This document shows positions 9,695 to 19,600 of a DNA stretch of 33,006 nucleotides, piece by piece. A program made the position numbers and the translations under genes. The notes under the pieces are model-generated. The model saw only the letters and a list, made by a program, of their open reading frames with translations, did no database searches and was not told the DNA's origin. Each line of letters starts with the position of its first letter. Within the stretch, counting starts at the first letter, position 1. Location: contig CP060755.1 of NCBI GenBank assembly GCA_023205875.1, positions 1,736,001 to 1,769,006 on the forward strand. Reading direction: 5' to 3'. This stretch comes from Chloropicon primus (taxonomy: Eukaryota).

Positions 9695-10605
9695 CTAAAC
9701 CCGGCCGTCCTCGCCGTTCGCGTCCTCGTCCTCGGCGCTCTTGGAATCCTGACGATGGTGCCTCCTCCTGTGCTTGTGCCTGTGCTTGTGCCTGTGCTTG
9801 TGCCTCTTCCGCCTGTGCTGCGCCTCCCCCGGCTCGTCGCCAAACACGTCCTTCCTGGCCTCCTGCAGGAGGTTGAACACGGAGTCCTTGGTCTCCCAAG
9901 GAAGGGCCCCGGCCTTGTCCCCTCCTGCGGTGCTGTCCCCCTCGTCAGTCGCCTTGGTTCCCGCGGCCCCTCCGCCCTCCCCCTGGCCGTCCGCCTCGTT
10001 TCCGCCCTCCTCCTCCTCCGCGTCAAGCTCCTTCTTCTTCTGCTTGTAGTCGTCTACGTGCTCCACCCTGACGATCCTCCCCCCCACTTTGGCGCCGTTC
10101 AAGTTGTCCACGGCCAAGACGGTGCTCCTCTGGTCCTCGTAGCAAAGGAAAGCGAAACTGGCACAGCAATCGAAGCAGAGGCAACCCAGGGGAAGAACAA
10201 GTGAACGAAATCGCGTCTCGTCAGTCAGTCAATCAGTCAGTCGGAATCAAAAAACCCTGCTACGTCAGCAGTCCCACCACCATCATCGGCAACAACAACA
10301 ACAACAATAACTTGTTCATCATCAACGACTTGTTTTTGTTTTTTCGGTTGCGGTTGTCGTTTGGTTGGTACTCACCCCCTGCTCTTTCCCGTCTCCTTGT
10401 CTTTGGGCAAGTTGACGTCCACGACCTGTCCGTACTGTGAGAAGACGGCCAGGACGTCCCCCTCCGTGAGAGCGAACGGCAGCCCCCCAGCATACACATA
10501 CGCCGAGTGCTTGAACTGCTCGTGCCAGGACGCCTTGTCACCCCCCTCCCTCACCTCCTGTCTCGACACCCTCTGCGTGTTCCGTATCTGCGTCAGAGTA
10601 TTCAT
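9695..10605 (-). CDS. RBMX2: RES-complex RRM protein RBMX2/Snu17 (Ist3); exons 10605-10376 and 10157-9695 (~230 aa)
   Basis: [12 protein letters not shown]...[35 protein letters not shown]...KETGKSRG joined to [21 protein letters not shown]...[14 protein letters not shown] donor at 10375, CAG acceptor ending at 10158, phase 2 consistent. Confidence 0.95.
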
Positions 10606-10769
10606 CCTCCCCCTCCCCCTCCTCCCGTTCTCGTTCTCGTCCCTCCTCCTCCTCCTCCTCCTCCTCCGCCTCGGCCTCGTGCGGTTGCGCGCGCTCCGCT
10701 CCTGGGACAAGCGGAGGGAGGCCGAGCCAGGGCGAAACCGCGAACGAACGTAACGGGCTGAGGGGGAGG

Positions 10770-12074
10770 ATGAAGGGGGTAGAGGTGGGGCTGGGGCTGG
10801 GGCTGGGGCTGGTGGGAGTGGTGGTTGTGGGGGTAGGCTATGCAAAGGGGAAGGGGAAGAGGGAAGGGGAGGAAGGGAAGAAGGGGGAAACCACGACGGA
10901 ACTCTTCCCCATGGAAACGGTCATGCTCAAGGAAAAGGAAACCACCGTGACGACCGTGACGTTCTTCGCGGGGGACGTGAGAGACGCGGAGGACTTTCTC
11001 AAACCGAGAATGGAAGCCATACTCCAGAAAAACCGGTGGCTCGCGGGTGCAGTGGGCATCAAAAGGGGCAAGGGCGTCCTCACCTTCCCTGGAGAGGAAG
11101 CAGGGCATCTGGAGCTGCCTCCCGACATGTTTAGGGTTTACGACTGTGACGGCGAGGTTTCCCTGCACCGGGGCACGGATTACGCAGCCTTTGCCAATTG
11201 CCTTAGTCACAGAATAGTCAAGGCTGGGCCGACGAACTTGGTGTGGACCGTGACCCTGATTCCTGACGCCAGGGAGCCGAGCACAAGGTTCGCCCTCGTC
11301 ACCTCCATGGCCCACGCCGTGGGAGACGGTTGCACGTACTACGAAATCCACAACCAGCTCACCGGCGCTTGTGCAATCAGAGCGATTTCACCTCTGCGGG
11401 ACTGGGGCGTCTACGAGCGGATGAGGGAGGCGTGCACAACGCTGGCCGAAGTTTTTACGGGGGCTTTCTTCACCGGAATCGCGTTCAGGATGCTTTACGG
11501 CCTGGTGACACGCAAGAAGCCCACGATGAGGTTAGTGTACGTCAACGAGGAGTGGGTGAAAGCACAGAAAGCTCGGGTGACGTCCGCTACTGGGGGGCGG
11601 GAGTTCATCTCCACAAACGACGCGGTGACCAGTTGGTTCTTCGCAGACATGGGCGCCCCTATGAACCTGATGGCCATCAACTTTAGGGGGAGGATAGAAA
11701 ATTGCTCCAACGATAACGCGGGGAACTACGAGGACATGGTCTACTACCTCAGCGGCGACGCCGATGAGCCTCTGCAGATACGGCGCTCCCTAAAGGGGAT
11801 GAGGCGAACGTCTGATTCGCAGTTGGGCTCCACCCTCTCCAGGCTGCTGGGCAAGGGCTCGTTGTGCACGAACTGGAGCACGTTTGCCAAGCCCGCTCGA
11901 ATCGACAAGGTGGTGCCTGATCTGCATTTGCCGTTGTTCAAGTCAGGAGACCTGCCTTACGGGTGGGCGCTGTGCGTGCTGTTCAAACCGGACGCAGCGA
12001 GGACCGGCATCCTCCTTTTGAGCTACCAGGATCCGAAGGACGTCGAGCCTATGGGCGATGCCATAGGCTTTTGA
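10770..12074 (+). CDS. Putative CoA-dependent acyltransferase-fold protein (HxxxD) with N-terminal membrane anchor
   Basis: 434 aa intronless. NRWLAG (cf. P.LAGR in BAHD enzymes), FALVTSMAHAVGDGCT (HxxxDG), ISTNDAVTSWF, AINFRGR, GN and TNWS in the order expected for a CAT/BAHD/condensation fold. No DFGWG. Confidence 0.7.
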   Translation: MKGVEVGLGLGLGLVGVVVVGVGYAKGKGKREGEEGKKGETTTELFPMETVMLKEKETTVTTVTFFAGDVRDAEDFLKPRMEAILQKNRWLAGAVGIKRGKGVLTFPGEEAGHLELPPDMFRVYDCDGEVSLHRGTDYAAFANCLSHRIVKAGPTNLVWTVTLIPDAREPSTRFALVTSMAHAVGDGCTYYEIHNQLTGACAIRAISPLRDWGVYERMREACTTLAEVFTGAFFTGIAFRMLYGLVTRKKPTMRLVYVNEEWVKAQKARVTSATGGREFISTNDAVTSWFFADMGAPMNLMAINFRGRIENCSNDNAGNYEDMVYYLSGDADEPLQIRRSLKGMRRTSDSQLGSTLSRLLGKGSLCTNWSTFAKPARIDKVVPDLHLPLFKSGDLPYGWALCVLFKPDAARTGILLLSYQDPKDVEPMGDAIGF

Positions 12075-12141
12075 ATTTAAAACGAAATCCTTTTGCTTTT
12101 GGTTTGGTTTCCAAAGAATTATACTTTTGCTTTAACCCGTG

Positions 12142-13190
12142 TCACAGTGCGTCGAGGCCCACAACTTTTCGCACCTGCTCGTACACCAGGAAGGTGATCG
12201 CCGTTTGAGGTCCAAGCCTGAGATACGAGGCCGTCCATCCTTTCAGGAATCCCCCGAGCCCCTCGTTCTTGACTATCCCTCCGACCTGCGTCAAAATTCC
12301 TGCCTCCCCGTTGGCCGCTTTCCTCGCGGCGTAGACCCTCGTTTTGATCACGTCCACTGGATTGGTCGTTGTCGTCGCCACGAATCCCGTCACCATGCTG
12401 GTGCACAGGTGTGCCAGGAAGCCATCATCCAAGTAACACAAGACGTGCGCCTGCGGAAGGAAAGAGTCGAGTCAGCAGAGTGCCCCAGAGTCAGCCCCAA
12501 ACTATTCTCATTCGTCGTGCACGCCAAGCTCTCTCTCTCTCTCTCACCTTCACCTCAGAATATGTCACCAGCTGCGAAGCGGTGAGGATGCTCGCCCTCG
12601 TGGCTCCCGGCACCGTTCCCTTCCACAGACCGCGGACGCCCTCCTCCCGCAGCACCGTGCCCAGGATGACGGATGGTCTCTGCCCAGTCCCCGTCGACGG
12701 GTCCCTGGCCTGCATTTGTCCCTTGGTCTTGATCAAGTCCATGGGGTTGGTCATCGCCGCCGCGGTGGCTGCAGGCAAATCGAAGAAACAGGTGTCAGCA
12801 CAAAAATCACGTGCAGACGAAACGTTTTCTCTTCGCCTGGGTCCCGCTCCACTCACCTCCTGTGAACACGGATGCCGCTATCTTGCTCCCCAGCCCTGCG
12901 TCCTCCTTGTCCGCCCCGAAGAGCGGCTTGACTGGCCCGTACATCCCTAGCCTGACCCCCCCGTACGTGACCCCCCTGGCCACTGCCGCCGCTAACCCCC
13001 CCGAGAGCCCCCTCACTCCCTCGTTGGTGACGATGGTGACGAGCGTGTTCCTGAAACTCGTGTGCCCCCTCATCGTGTGCAACTGGCACCTCACCTTGAC
13101 TACATCCACTGGATTCGTGCACGCTGTTGCCACCCCCACTGCCCCCCCTCCCGCCACCAACTCCCTCCCCAACCTCTTCCCTTCCCTCAT
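12142..13190 (-). CDS. Mitochondrial carrier (SLC25), UCP/dicarboxylate-oxoglutarate carrier group; exons 13190-12857, 12768-12548, 12450-12142 (~287 aa)
   Basis: Three Px[DE]xx[KR] repeats (NPVDVVK, NPMDLIK, NPVDVIK), plus YGGVRLGMY, RASILTASQLVTY and YLRLGPQT. Both introns are GT-AG with GCTGAC branch points and consistent phases (1, 0). Confidence 0.92.
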
Positions 13191-13417
13191 CTCCTCCGCC
13201 CCAGACTTGGCTTCAGTCCCTGCGCTCGTGTGGGGCGCCGCTGGTGTTGGGTGTTGGGTGTTGGGTGTGGGGTGTGGGGTGTGGGGTGTGGGTGTGGGAG
13301 GCGAACGACGTCACGTTGCGGTTGGAGTACCTGTGGCCGTGGCCGGTGCGCGTGTCATCACAGGGCACGAGAACGGAACATAAACCACAAGGGAGGACGA
13401 GGACGAGGACGACGAGG

Positions 13418-14515
13418 ATGAGGTTGAGGTTGAGGATGAGGATGAGGGGGAACAGGGGACTGGGGAGGACGGGGGTCGGGAGGGGAAGGGAAACGGGGGG
13501 AACGAGGTGGAGGAGAGGAGGGAGCTGCTGCGCCACGAACCTGGACAACGGGGGGAAGGGGGAAAGGGAGGGGAAGGGGAAGACTTCCTCGGCCTCCAAG
13601 GCCAAGTCGTTCGGACCCGAGACGCAGCCGGACTGGGTGAGGGACCTGTACCAGCAAGCGGAGGACTTCCCCGAGGAGGAGTACCTGAAGGAGCTCCTGA
13701 AGGACACGGGAGGGGACCCTGCCAAGATAGAGGCGAACGCCAGGCGGAAGCTCGCCCAGAACGTGGGGGAGGCCAACAAGAAGACCTTCGAGGGGGAGGT
13801 TGTCGGGGCAGAGGGCCAGGGCCAGCACCAGCACGAGCTGGCGCAGATGCACGTGCGCTTCGACGAGGTCGACACCTTCAACCTTTGGATTTGGTTCGAG
13901 TTCTTCTCCGAGCCGAGCGAGGCGGAGCAAGAGATGCTCGCCTCTGTCCTCGACGCCTGGTTCGTGCTGGGGAAGCTCGGTTCCTTCAACACGGTGAACC
14001 TGCAGATAAGCAACAGCTTTGAGCACTCCACGTCATTCTTCCAGTACGACGAGTCCTGCCTTGACACGAGCCTACCGGCCATGTTCCACGAGATGGAGGA
14101 ACCAGAATTCAGGTAGGGCAATAAGAATCCTCTCTCTTTCTCTCTCTCTCTCTCCGTCTCCCGCTTCAGCCTCACCACTCCCCTCTCTGCCGAAGGCTGA
14201 CGCGAACTCTTTCTCGTTTTCAGCGGACGGAACGGCCGGTTCTGGGTCAACCTCGGGACTTGCGACGAGATCGCCCTGGACCTCCTGATCAATGCTTTGC
14301 ACAACTTCAGCAACGAGTACGTGAGCATAAGAACCCTTCAGATCGGGGGAAAGAGCTTGGCATCGGGTACTCTGGACGGGTGGGAGGCCCCCGCGAGGCC
14401 GACCCCCTTCAAGCAGAATGCGGACCAAGTCCGGGAGATCAACGAGAGCATCGCGGACGACCTTTCGAGGATCTACAACGCGGAAGAGGGAGAGAGCAAC
14501 AGCCAGTTCCAGTGA
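13418..14515 (+). CDS. DUF3531 family protein (cyanobacteria/plastid conserved); exons 13418-14112 and 14224-14515 (~328 aa)
   Basis: MHVRFDEVDTFNLWIWFEF...LDAWFVLGKLGSFN..NLQ...MFHEM joined to GRFWVNLGTCDEIALDLLINAL...EYVSIRTLQIGG. GTAGGG donor, GGCTGAC branch point, CAG acceptor. Start codon uncertain. Confidence 0.85.
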
Positions 14516-14625
14516 ATGCGCACTGCAGGTTGGCGGGGACAGCAGCGCCGCTGCGCCTTAACGAAGCATCTCATCATATTATAGATAGAATTACAAAGTC
14601 AGTGGGAGGGGGCGAGAAGGCGGGC

Positions 14626-15450
14626 TCACAGTCCCCACACGTCCATGTCGCTCAGCACGTCGTGGATTCCCTTGAGCAGAGGGAAGTCGTCCAGGAGGGA
14701 GGTCGGGATGCCGTCGAAGAATCCGTCGTGGATCATCTTCATCAAGGTGAAGAGCGTGATGTCCGCGATGGAGAGCCTGGAGCCGGTGGCGAACTTCCCC
14801 TGGTTGGTCTTGACCTGGTTCGCGGCAACGATCTTCTCCACGTTCTCCAGGAACCTCCGGAGGCTCCCATCCTTCGCCACGAGCTCCTTCCTCATCCGCA
14901 TCTTCTTGTCGTGGTTCTTCTCCAGCAGGCTCGGTTTCAACAGGAGCATCGCGTCGCCCACCCCGTCCACGAGCTCGTCCACCTTGAGGGCGAGGAAGGG
15001 GTCGTCGGGGTAAAGGCCCGAGAACTTGCCAATGTACCTGGTGGTGGCGGGGAAAAGCAGCAGGGAAAGAGATACCGCGTGTCAGTCCGTCTCCTTGTCG
15101 ATTCGATTGCCCGCCGCCGCCAAGACGAGCGGGTGTCCTCACCTCAAGAACGCATTACTCTGGGAGACGACCTCGCCCTTCACCTCGAAGACGGGGACCT
15201 GTCCGAAGGGCAGCTTTGGTTTAATTTTCTGCATGGATTCCCTATCTATGAACTCGTTCTCGTAGTCGACGTTCGCTATCTTGAGCGCCGCCCTCGCTGG
15301 CCCCGCCCTTCCCGCCATCTTGAAGTAAGTGACCTTGACCTTTGCCGGTTTTTTCACGAGTCTCGCGACCCCCTTCGCTGCGAGACAGAGCGTGACTCCT
15401 AAGGCCACCCCTCCCGCCACGAGTCCCACCTCTTTCCTCCACCCTTCCAT
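14626..15450 (-). CDS. Glutathione S-transferase (sigma-like, Tyr-type) with hydrophobic N-terminal extension; exons 15450-15143 and 15037-14626 (~239 aa)
   Basis: KVTYFKMAGRA..ARAAL, PFGQVP, SQSNAFLR joined to YIGKFSGLYP, and the LSIADI N-cap. GTGAGG donor at 15142, CAG acceptor, phase 2. Confidence 0.92.
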
Positions 15451-15490
15451 CCTGTCGTCCTCCCCGTCCTCAAGGTCGTGTTCTTGTTCT

Positions 15491-15529
<39 letters not shown>

Positions 15530-15802
15530 CTCGTTCGTGTGTGCTGGTTTGTCTCCTTTTTCCGTTTCGTTGGGTTCCTCCGCCGTTTCCCGTTTTTCCC
15601 TTCTGTTCCCAACATTTCCGAGGCCCACGAAGAACGAACGAACGAACGAACGAAGAAGAGGAGGAGATCGCCTCGCAGTGGATAAGGTGAGAAGAGCCTC
15701 TGTCCGACCAAGAGAACAACAACAGGGACACAACAGGGAGAGGGACAGGGACACTACGCACAACAAGGGGGGGGGGGCAACATAACACCACACAACACAA
15801 CA

Positions 15803-15805
<3 letters not shown>

Positions 15806-15878
<73 letters not shown>
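15806..15878. repeat. (GA)n microsatellite, ~36 units, abutting the HHL1 start codon
   Basis: Uninterrupted GA run ending ...GAGAGGATG. Confidence 0.95.
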
Positions 15879-15879
<1 letters not shown>

Positions 15880-15882
<3 letters not shown>

Positions 15883-16199
15883 ACGCGAGGGGGGGGCTTG
15901 ATGTTGACGAGGAACAGGGCCACGACGGCCACGACGAGGAGGAGGGTTGGGGGAGAGGGGGAGAGGGGGTGGGGGAGGAGGGAGGCGGTTGGAAGCGAGA
16001 GGCGGATCGACGCGAAGACGGGGGAAAGGAGGAGCGTCAAGGTTCACGCCAAGGGGAAGGGAAAGAAGCTCAATAGGCAAGGAAAGGGAATGAACCAGCA
16101 GCAGGTAGGTGGAAGCAGGGACACGCACGCCATCGCGACGGAACCTGGGAAGAGCCAGGCAGCGCGTCCTGAAAGGGTTGGAGGTGGTGCTCTTGACTG

Positions 16200-16231
<32 letters not shown>

Positions 16232-16690
16232 TCGCTCCCGTGACGATGACGATAATCAACACCATCGTCTTCACAACAGATCTCGACTCCCCCTATCGAC
16301 CCGGAGAACGAGGAGTTCGTCCTGTTCGCCCGCTCGAAAAAGTCCGCGCTGAAGAACTGGTACCCGTTCACCATCATGGTGGGCGGGAGCCAGGCCAACG
16401 TCCTGGTGAAGGCGAAGGAGAACGAGTTCACCGAGAAGCTGACCGGGAACACGCTGGCAAAGACCTTGGGCGCGACCCTGTACAAGGAGAAGGGAAAGGT
16501 CGTGGACATGGTGAAGGAGAGGGTGCCGTACCTGAAGAACGCCAAGGAGGTGGAGTTCGCCTTCAAGATCAGGAACAAGGACAAGCCAGCGTCCTGGATG
16601 TTCACGGACGGCGTAGAAGCGATTCCTTCCGAGGAGGACTGCAAGGGAGTCTTCGACAAGGCGGCAGAGTGGGCCGCGCAGTTCCAGTAA
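15880..16690 (+). CDS. HHL1: HHL1-like (hypersensitive to high light 1) thylakoid PSII-repair protein; exons 15880-16104 and 16280-16690 (~211 aa)
   Basis: Transit-peptide-like N-terminus, KGKGK, then PPIDPENEEFVLFAR...WYPFTIMVGGSQANVLVKAKEN...NTLAKTLGATLYKE...LKNAKEVEFAFKI, colinear with plant HHL1 as recalled. Phase-0 intron; tandem TGTAA at 16711-16720. Confidence 0.8.
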
Positions 16691-16820
16691 GAAACAAAAC
16701 GTTTTGGACTTGTAATGTAACACGGTATTTACAGCAAGTTAACATTGTACAGAGCGCGCGTGGGAGGATTGGTAATGATAATGCTACAAAAACGGGAAAC
16801 GACGTGCCTCGACCAGGAAA

Positions 16821-18010
16821 CTACTCCCAGATCATCTCGGCCGTCGTCGAGCAGGGCAGGACATCCGCCTCCTGGACTTTGAGGCAGTGTATTGTGGTGT
16901 CAAAGGCCGTCCTCCACTGGACGCCGTCCTCGTCCGTCCTGGGGCAAAGAACCACCCGCCAGTCCTTGCAGGACAAGGTGAGGAAGATGGGCGGCTCGAA
17001 CTTGAGGTCCTCCACGGCGTAGTTCTTCCAGGGCACTTTGGTGGACTGGAACGCCGAGGTGGCGTCGGTTCCGATGACCAGCCGGCCCCTCTGCGTGCGG
17101 CAAGTCTCGTCCGTGTAATAGGAGACAGAGAATGCTGTCTCGTCCTCCCCCAGCTCCTCGGCGCAGAGCACAAAATAGCGCCAAGTGAAGGTCGTCCACC
17201 GGGTCGAGTGCTGGAGCCACTCCTCCGAGAGCTCCTCCGTGCCCATCACCTTGCTCTTTCCCATGAACCCAGAGAGCAGGACCTCTCCAGGGAAATTCGT
17301 TTTGTTCGTGAGGCTGGTCTTGGGTTGAGCTCTTTTCGTGATCGCTGCCTTCAAGCTATCGTACCAGCTCTTGGTCTCCTTCTCCTCCGTGGACTTGATT
17401 TGCAGAACCCTCCCAGGCGTCTTGACGTAGATGATGAAGTTGTCCTCGCACTTGGAGAGAACCAAAGACGTGGAGTCCCCCAGGTCCACGGACCCTCGCT
17501 TTGAGGTCACCTCCCCAGCGTTAGAGTAGTATGTGAGCTGGAGACGGAAACGGAAACAATTTGTTTAGTTGGACACACACACAGGGAGAGAGAGAGAGAG
17601 AGGGAGAGGACGAAGAAGCCAGCCAGTCAGCCAGAAGAGCGAGCGAGGGAAGCCATAACTCAGGGGACACGAACGCACCTTCTTCTCGTTCAGAACAAAG
17701 TACCGGTTCTTCCAATTCTTCAGGAGTCTCCCCCGCTTGGCGAGCCAACCGTTCTGCGACAGAGAAAGGGTGCAAAGTTGGAAGTCGTGTGAGCTGAGCG
17801 AGCCAGTTCATTCGCACGTCGAAATACGTCGGCCCAAACCAAGGCGTTGCAGCTCTCGTGGTCCCTCTCTCACTCTCTCCGTGCGTGTCGCCTTTTGTGC
17901 CGCCGTCTCACCTTTTGTCCCTTCATAGGATTTCTGGGGTCCGCCCTGTCCACCATGTTTGGGTGGTCGAAGGACTTCCAGAAGAGTGACTTTGTCTTCT
18001 CTGGCTTCAT
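16821..18010 (-). CDS. Tandem PH-domain protein; exons 18010-17912, 17753-17679, 17537-16821 (~296 aa)
   Basis: Spliced product: KGQK|NGWLAKRGRLLKNWKNRYFVLNEKK|LTYYS...RGSVDL...TPGRVLQIK...ETKSWYDSL (PH1), then LLSGFMGK...WRYFVL...SYY...RGRL...QWRTAF (PH2). Both introns GT-AG, phase 0. Start uncertain. Confidence 0.82.
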
Positions 18011-18421
18011 TTGTATCTCCGCGTGTGGTTGGTTCCCCTTCCTCCTGTTCGGCGTGGCGTATTTTTGTCTTTTTAATTTCACTCTTTTGTTATCCTCTCC
18101 ATAGTTATAGCTTTATTGTGTTCCGTCCCTCCCGCCCCCCCCCCTTTGGTTTGTTTTGCCTCCCAGCTCACCCCAACCACAGCCCGGACCAGTCCTCCCT
18201 CCTCCCCTCCCCTCTCCGTGTCCTCCCCTCCCCTCTTGCCTCTTGTCCAGATTGGTCCAAGATTTTGATGTACGATTGTATGATTGATTTTGGCCATTTT
18301 AGTTTTAGAAGGACAAGGGGGAGGACAAAGGGGACAGAGGGTCTTCCACTTTGGGACGCCTCGGGTCGGGGACGCGACACCAAGTGCGCACGGAACTCTC
18401 CTCTCCTCGACGACAGAAAAG

Positions 18422-19568
18422 ATGTTCAAGAACATTGGAAGGAGGAACCCAGCGATCAGTGCGCCTCCAGAGGTGGACTGGTCCGCAGACGCACTGCAGG
18501 GGCGCAGGAGGAGCTCGGGGGAGGAGGGAGACGACGAGGAGTACAAGGGGAGAACCACGGTCAGGAGACTCAAGGACGGTATGAGGAAGAGCTTCACTTC
18601 GGTGGTCGACCCGAACACCCGAGGACAGAGGCACGCGAGAGTCCAGTTGGAGGTAAGTACGCAACGCAAGACTACGCACCAGTCCCTCGGTCCTCGTTGA
18701 ATTACGATACAAGCGGCAAAGTTTCTCACACGCGTTTGCTCTCGTATCTGGTACCCCTCTTTCCCTTGTCGGCGACGCTTGCGATGGAATCGAACGGTGA
18801 ATCTGCCAGGTGGATCTTCACCACGTTCCCTTGAGCTCGATGAGGAACGAGATACCCTTTGCGAACAAGAAGGGCTGGCTCTGGAAGGCGAGGATGAAAG
18901 GAGACCGGTGGCTCCGGCGTTACTTCATCCTCCAGGGGCAGCTTGTCGTGTATTTTGTGAACGAGAACGACTCCAAGCCGAAAGGCTCCTTCCTGCTGCA
19001 CAGCTACGCCCAGGTCGACTACACGAACGAAAAAATAAACGGGAGAATCTTCAACTTCGACGTGGACACGCCCGAGAGGACGTACTACTTGAGCGCGGAG
19101 ACGCAGGAGGAGGCAAAGGAGTGGGGTCAGGCGATGGCTGACGCGTGCGGCGAGTCCCACAGAAGCCTGTACGCAGGGGAGAAGCTGGAGTCCAATGATG
19201 AGGGCAGGAAGGAGGCTCAGGGCCAGGCGGAATCCGATGCGGAGGAAAACCTGATCAAAATGCAGCAAGAGCTGTCAAAAGTTCTCATTGAGATGGACGA
19301 TAGGGTAAACGCGGCAGTAGAGAAGGAGAGGCAGGCGCAGGCTAACAACATTCAAAACGCCGTGAGCGTGGAGGTCGCGAGCATGAGGGAAGATTTCGCC
19401 AACGCTAGGGACCAACTGGTCCAGTGGCAACATCTCAGCGAGAATCTAATTCAACTGATCTCAGGACACGAGCTTGCCCTGAGATTCCCTGACGAGAAAG
19501 ACAAGCTTGCGCGGATGAAAGAGAACTACCAAAACCTTTCCGCACTCCTGCAGTCTTTTGCGAACTAA
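18422..19568 (+). CDS. PH-domain plus C-terminal coiled-coil protein; exons 18422-18652 and 18810-19568 (~329 aa)
   Basis: KKGWLWK...WLRRYFILQG...YF...KPKGSFLL...TPERTYYLSAETQEEAKEWGQA is a canonical PH domain. GTAAGT donor at 18653, CAG acceptor ending at 18809. Confidence 0.88.
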
Positions 19569-19600
19569 AAAGAATTAAACTCAATGTTTTTGTTTTAGTT

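Noticed and set aside
10770..15450. Acyltransferase, carrier, DUF3531 and GST as a metabolic gene cluster
   Set aside because: Predicted compartments and functions differ and unrelated housekeeping genes flank them; adjacency alone is expected in such a dense genome.
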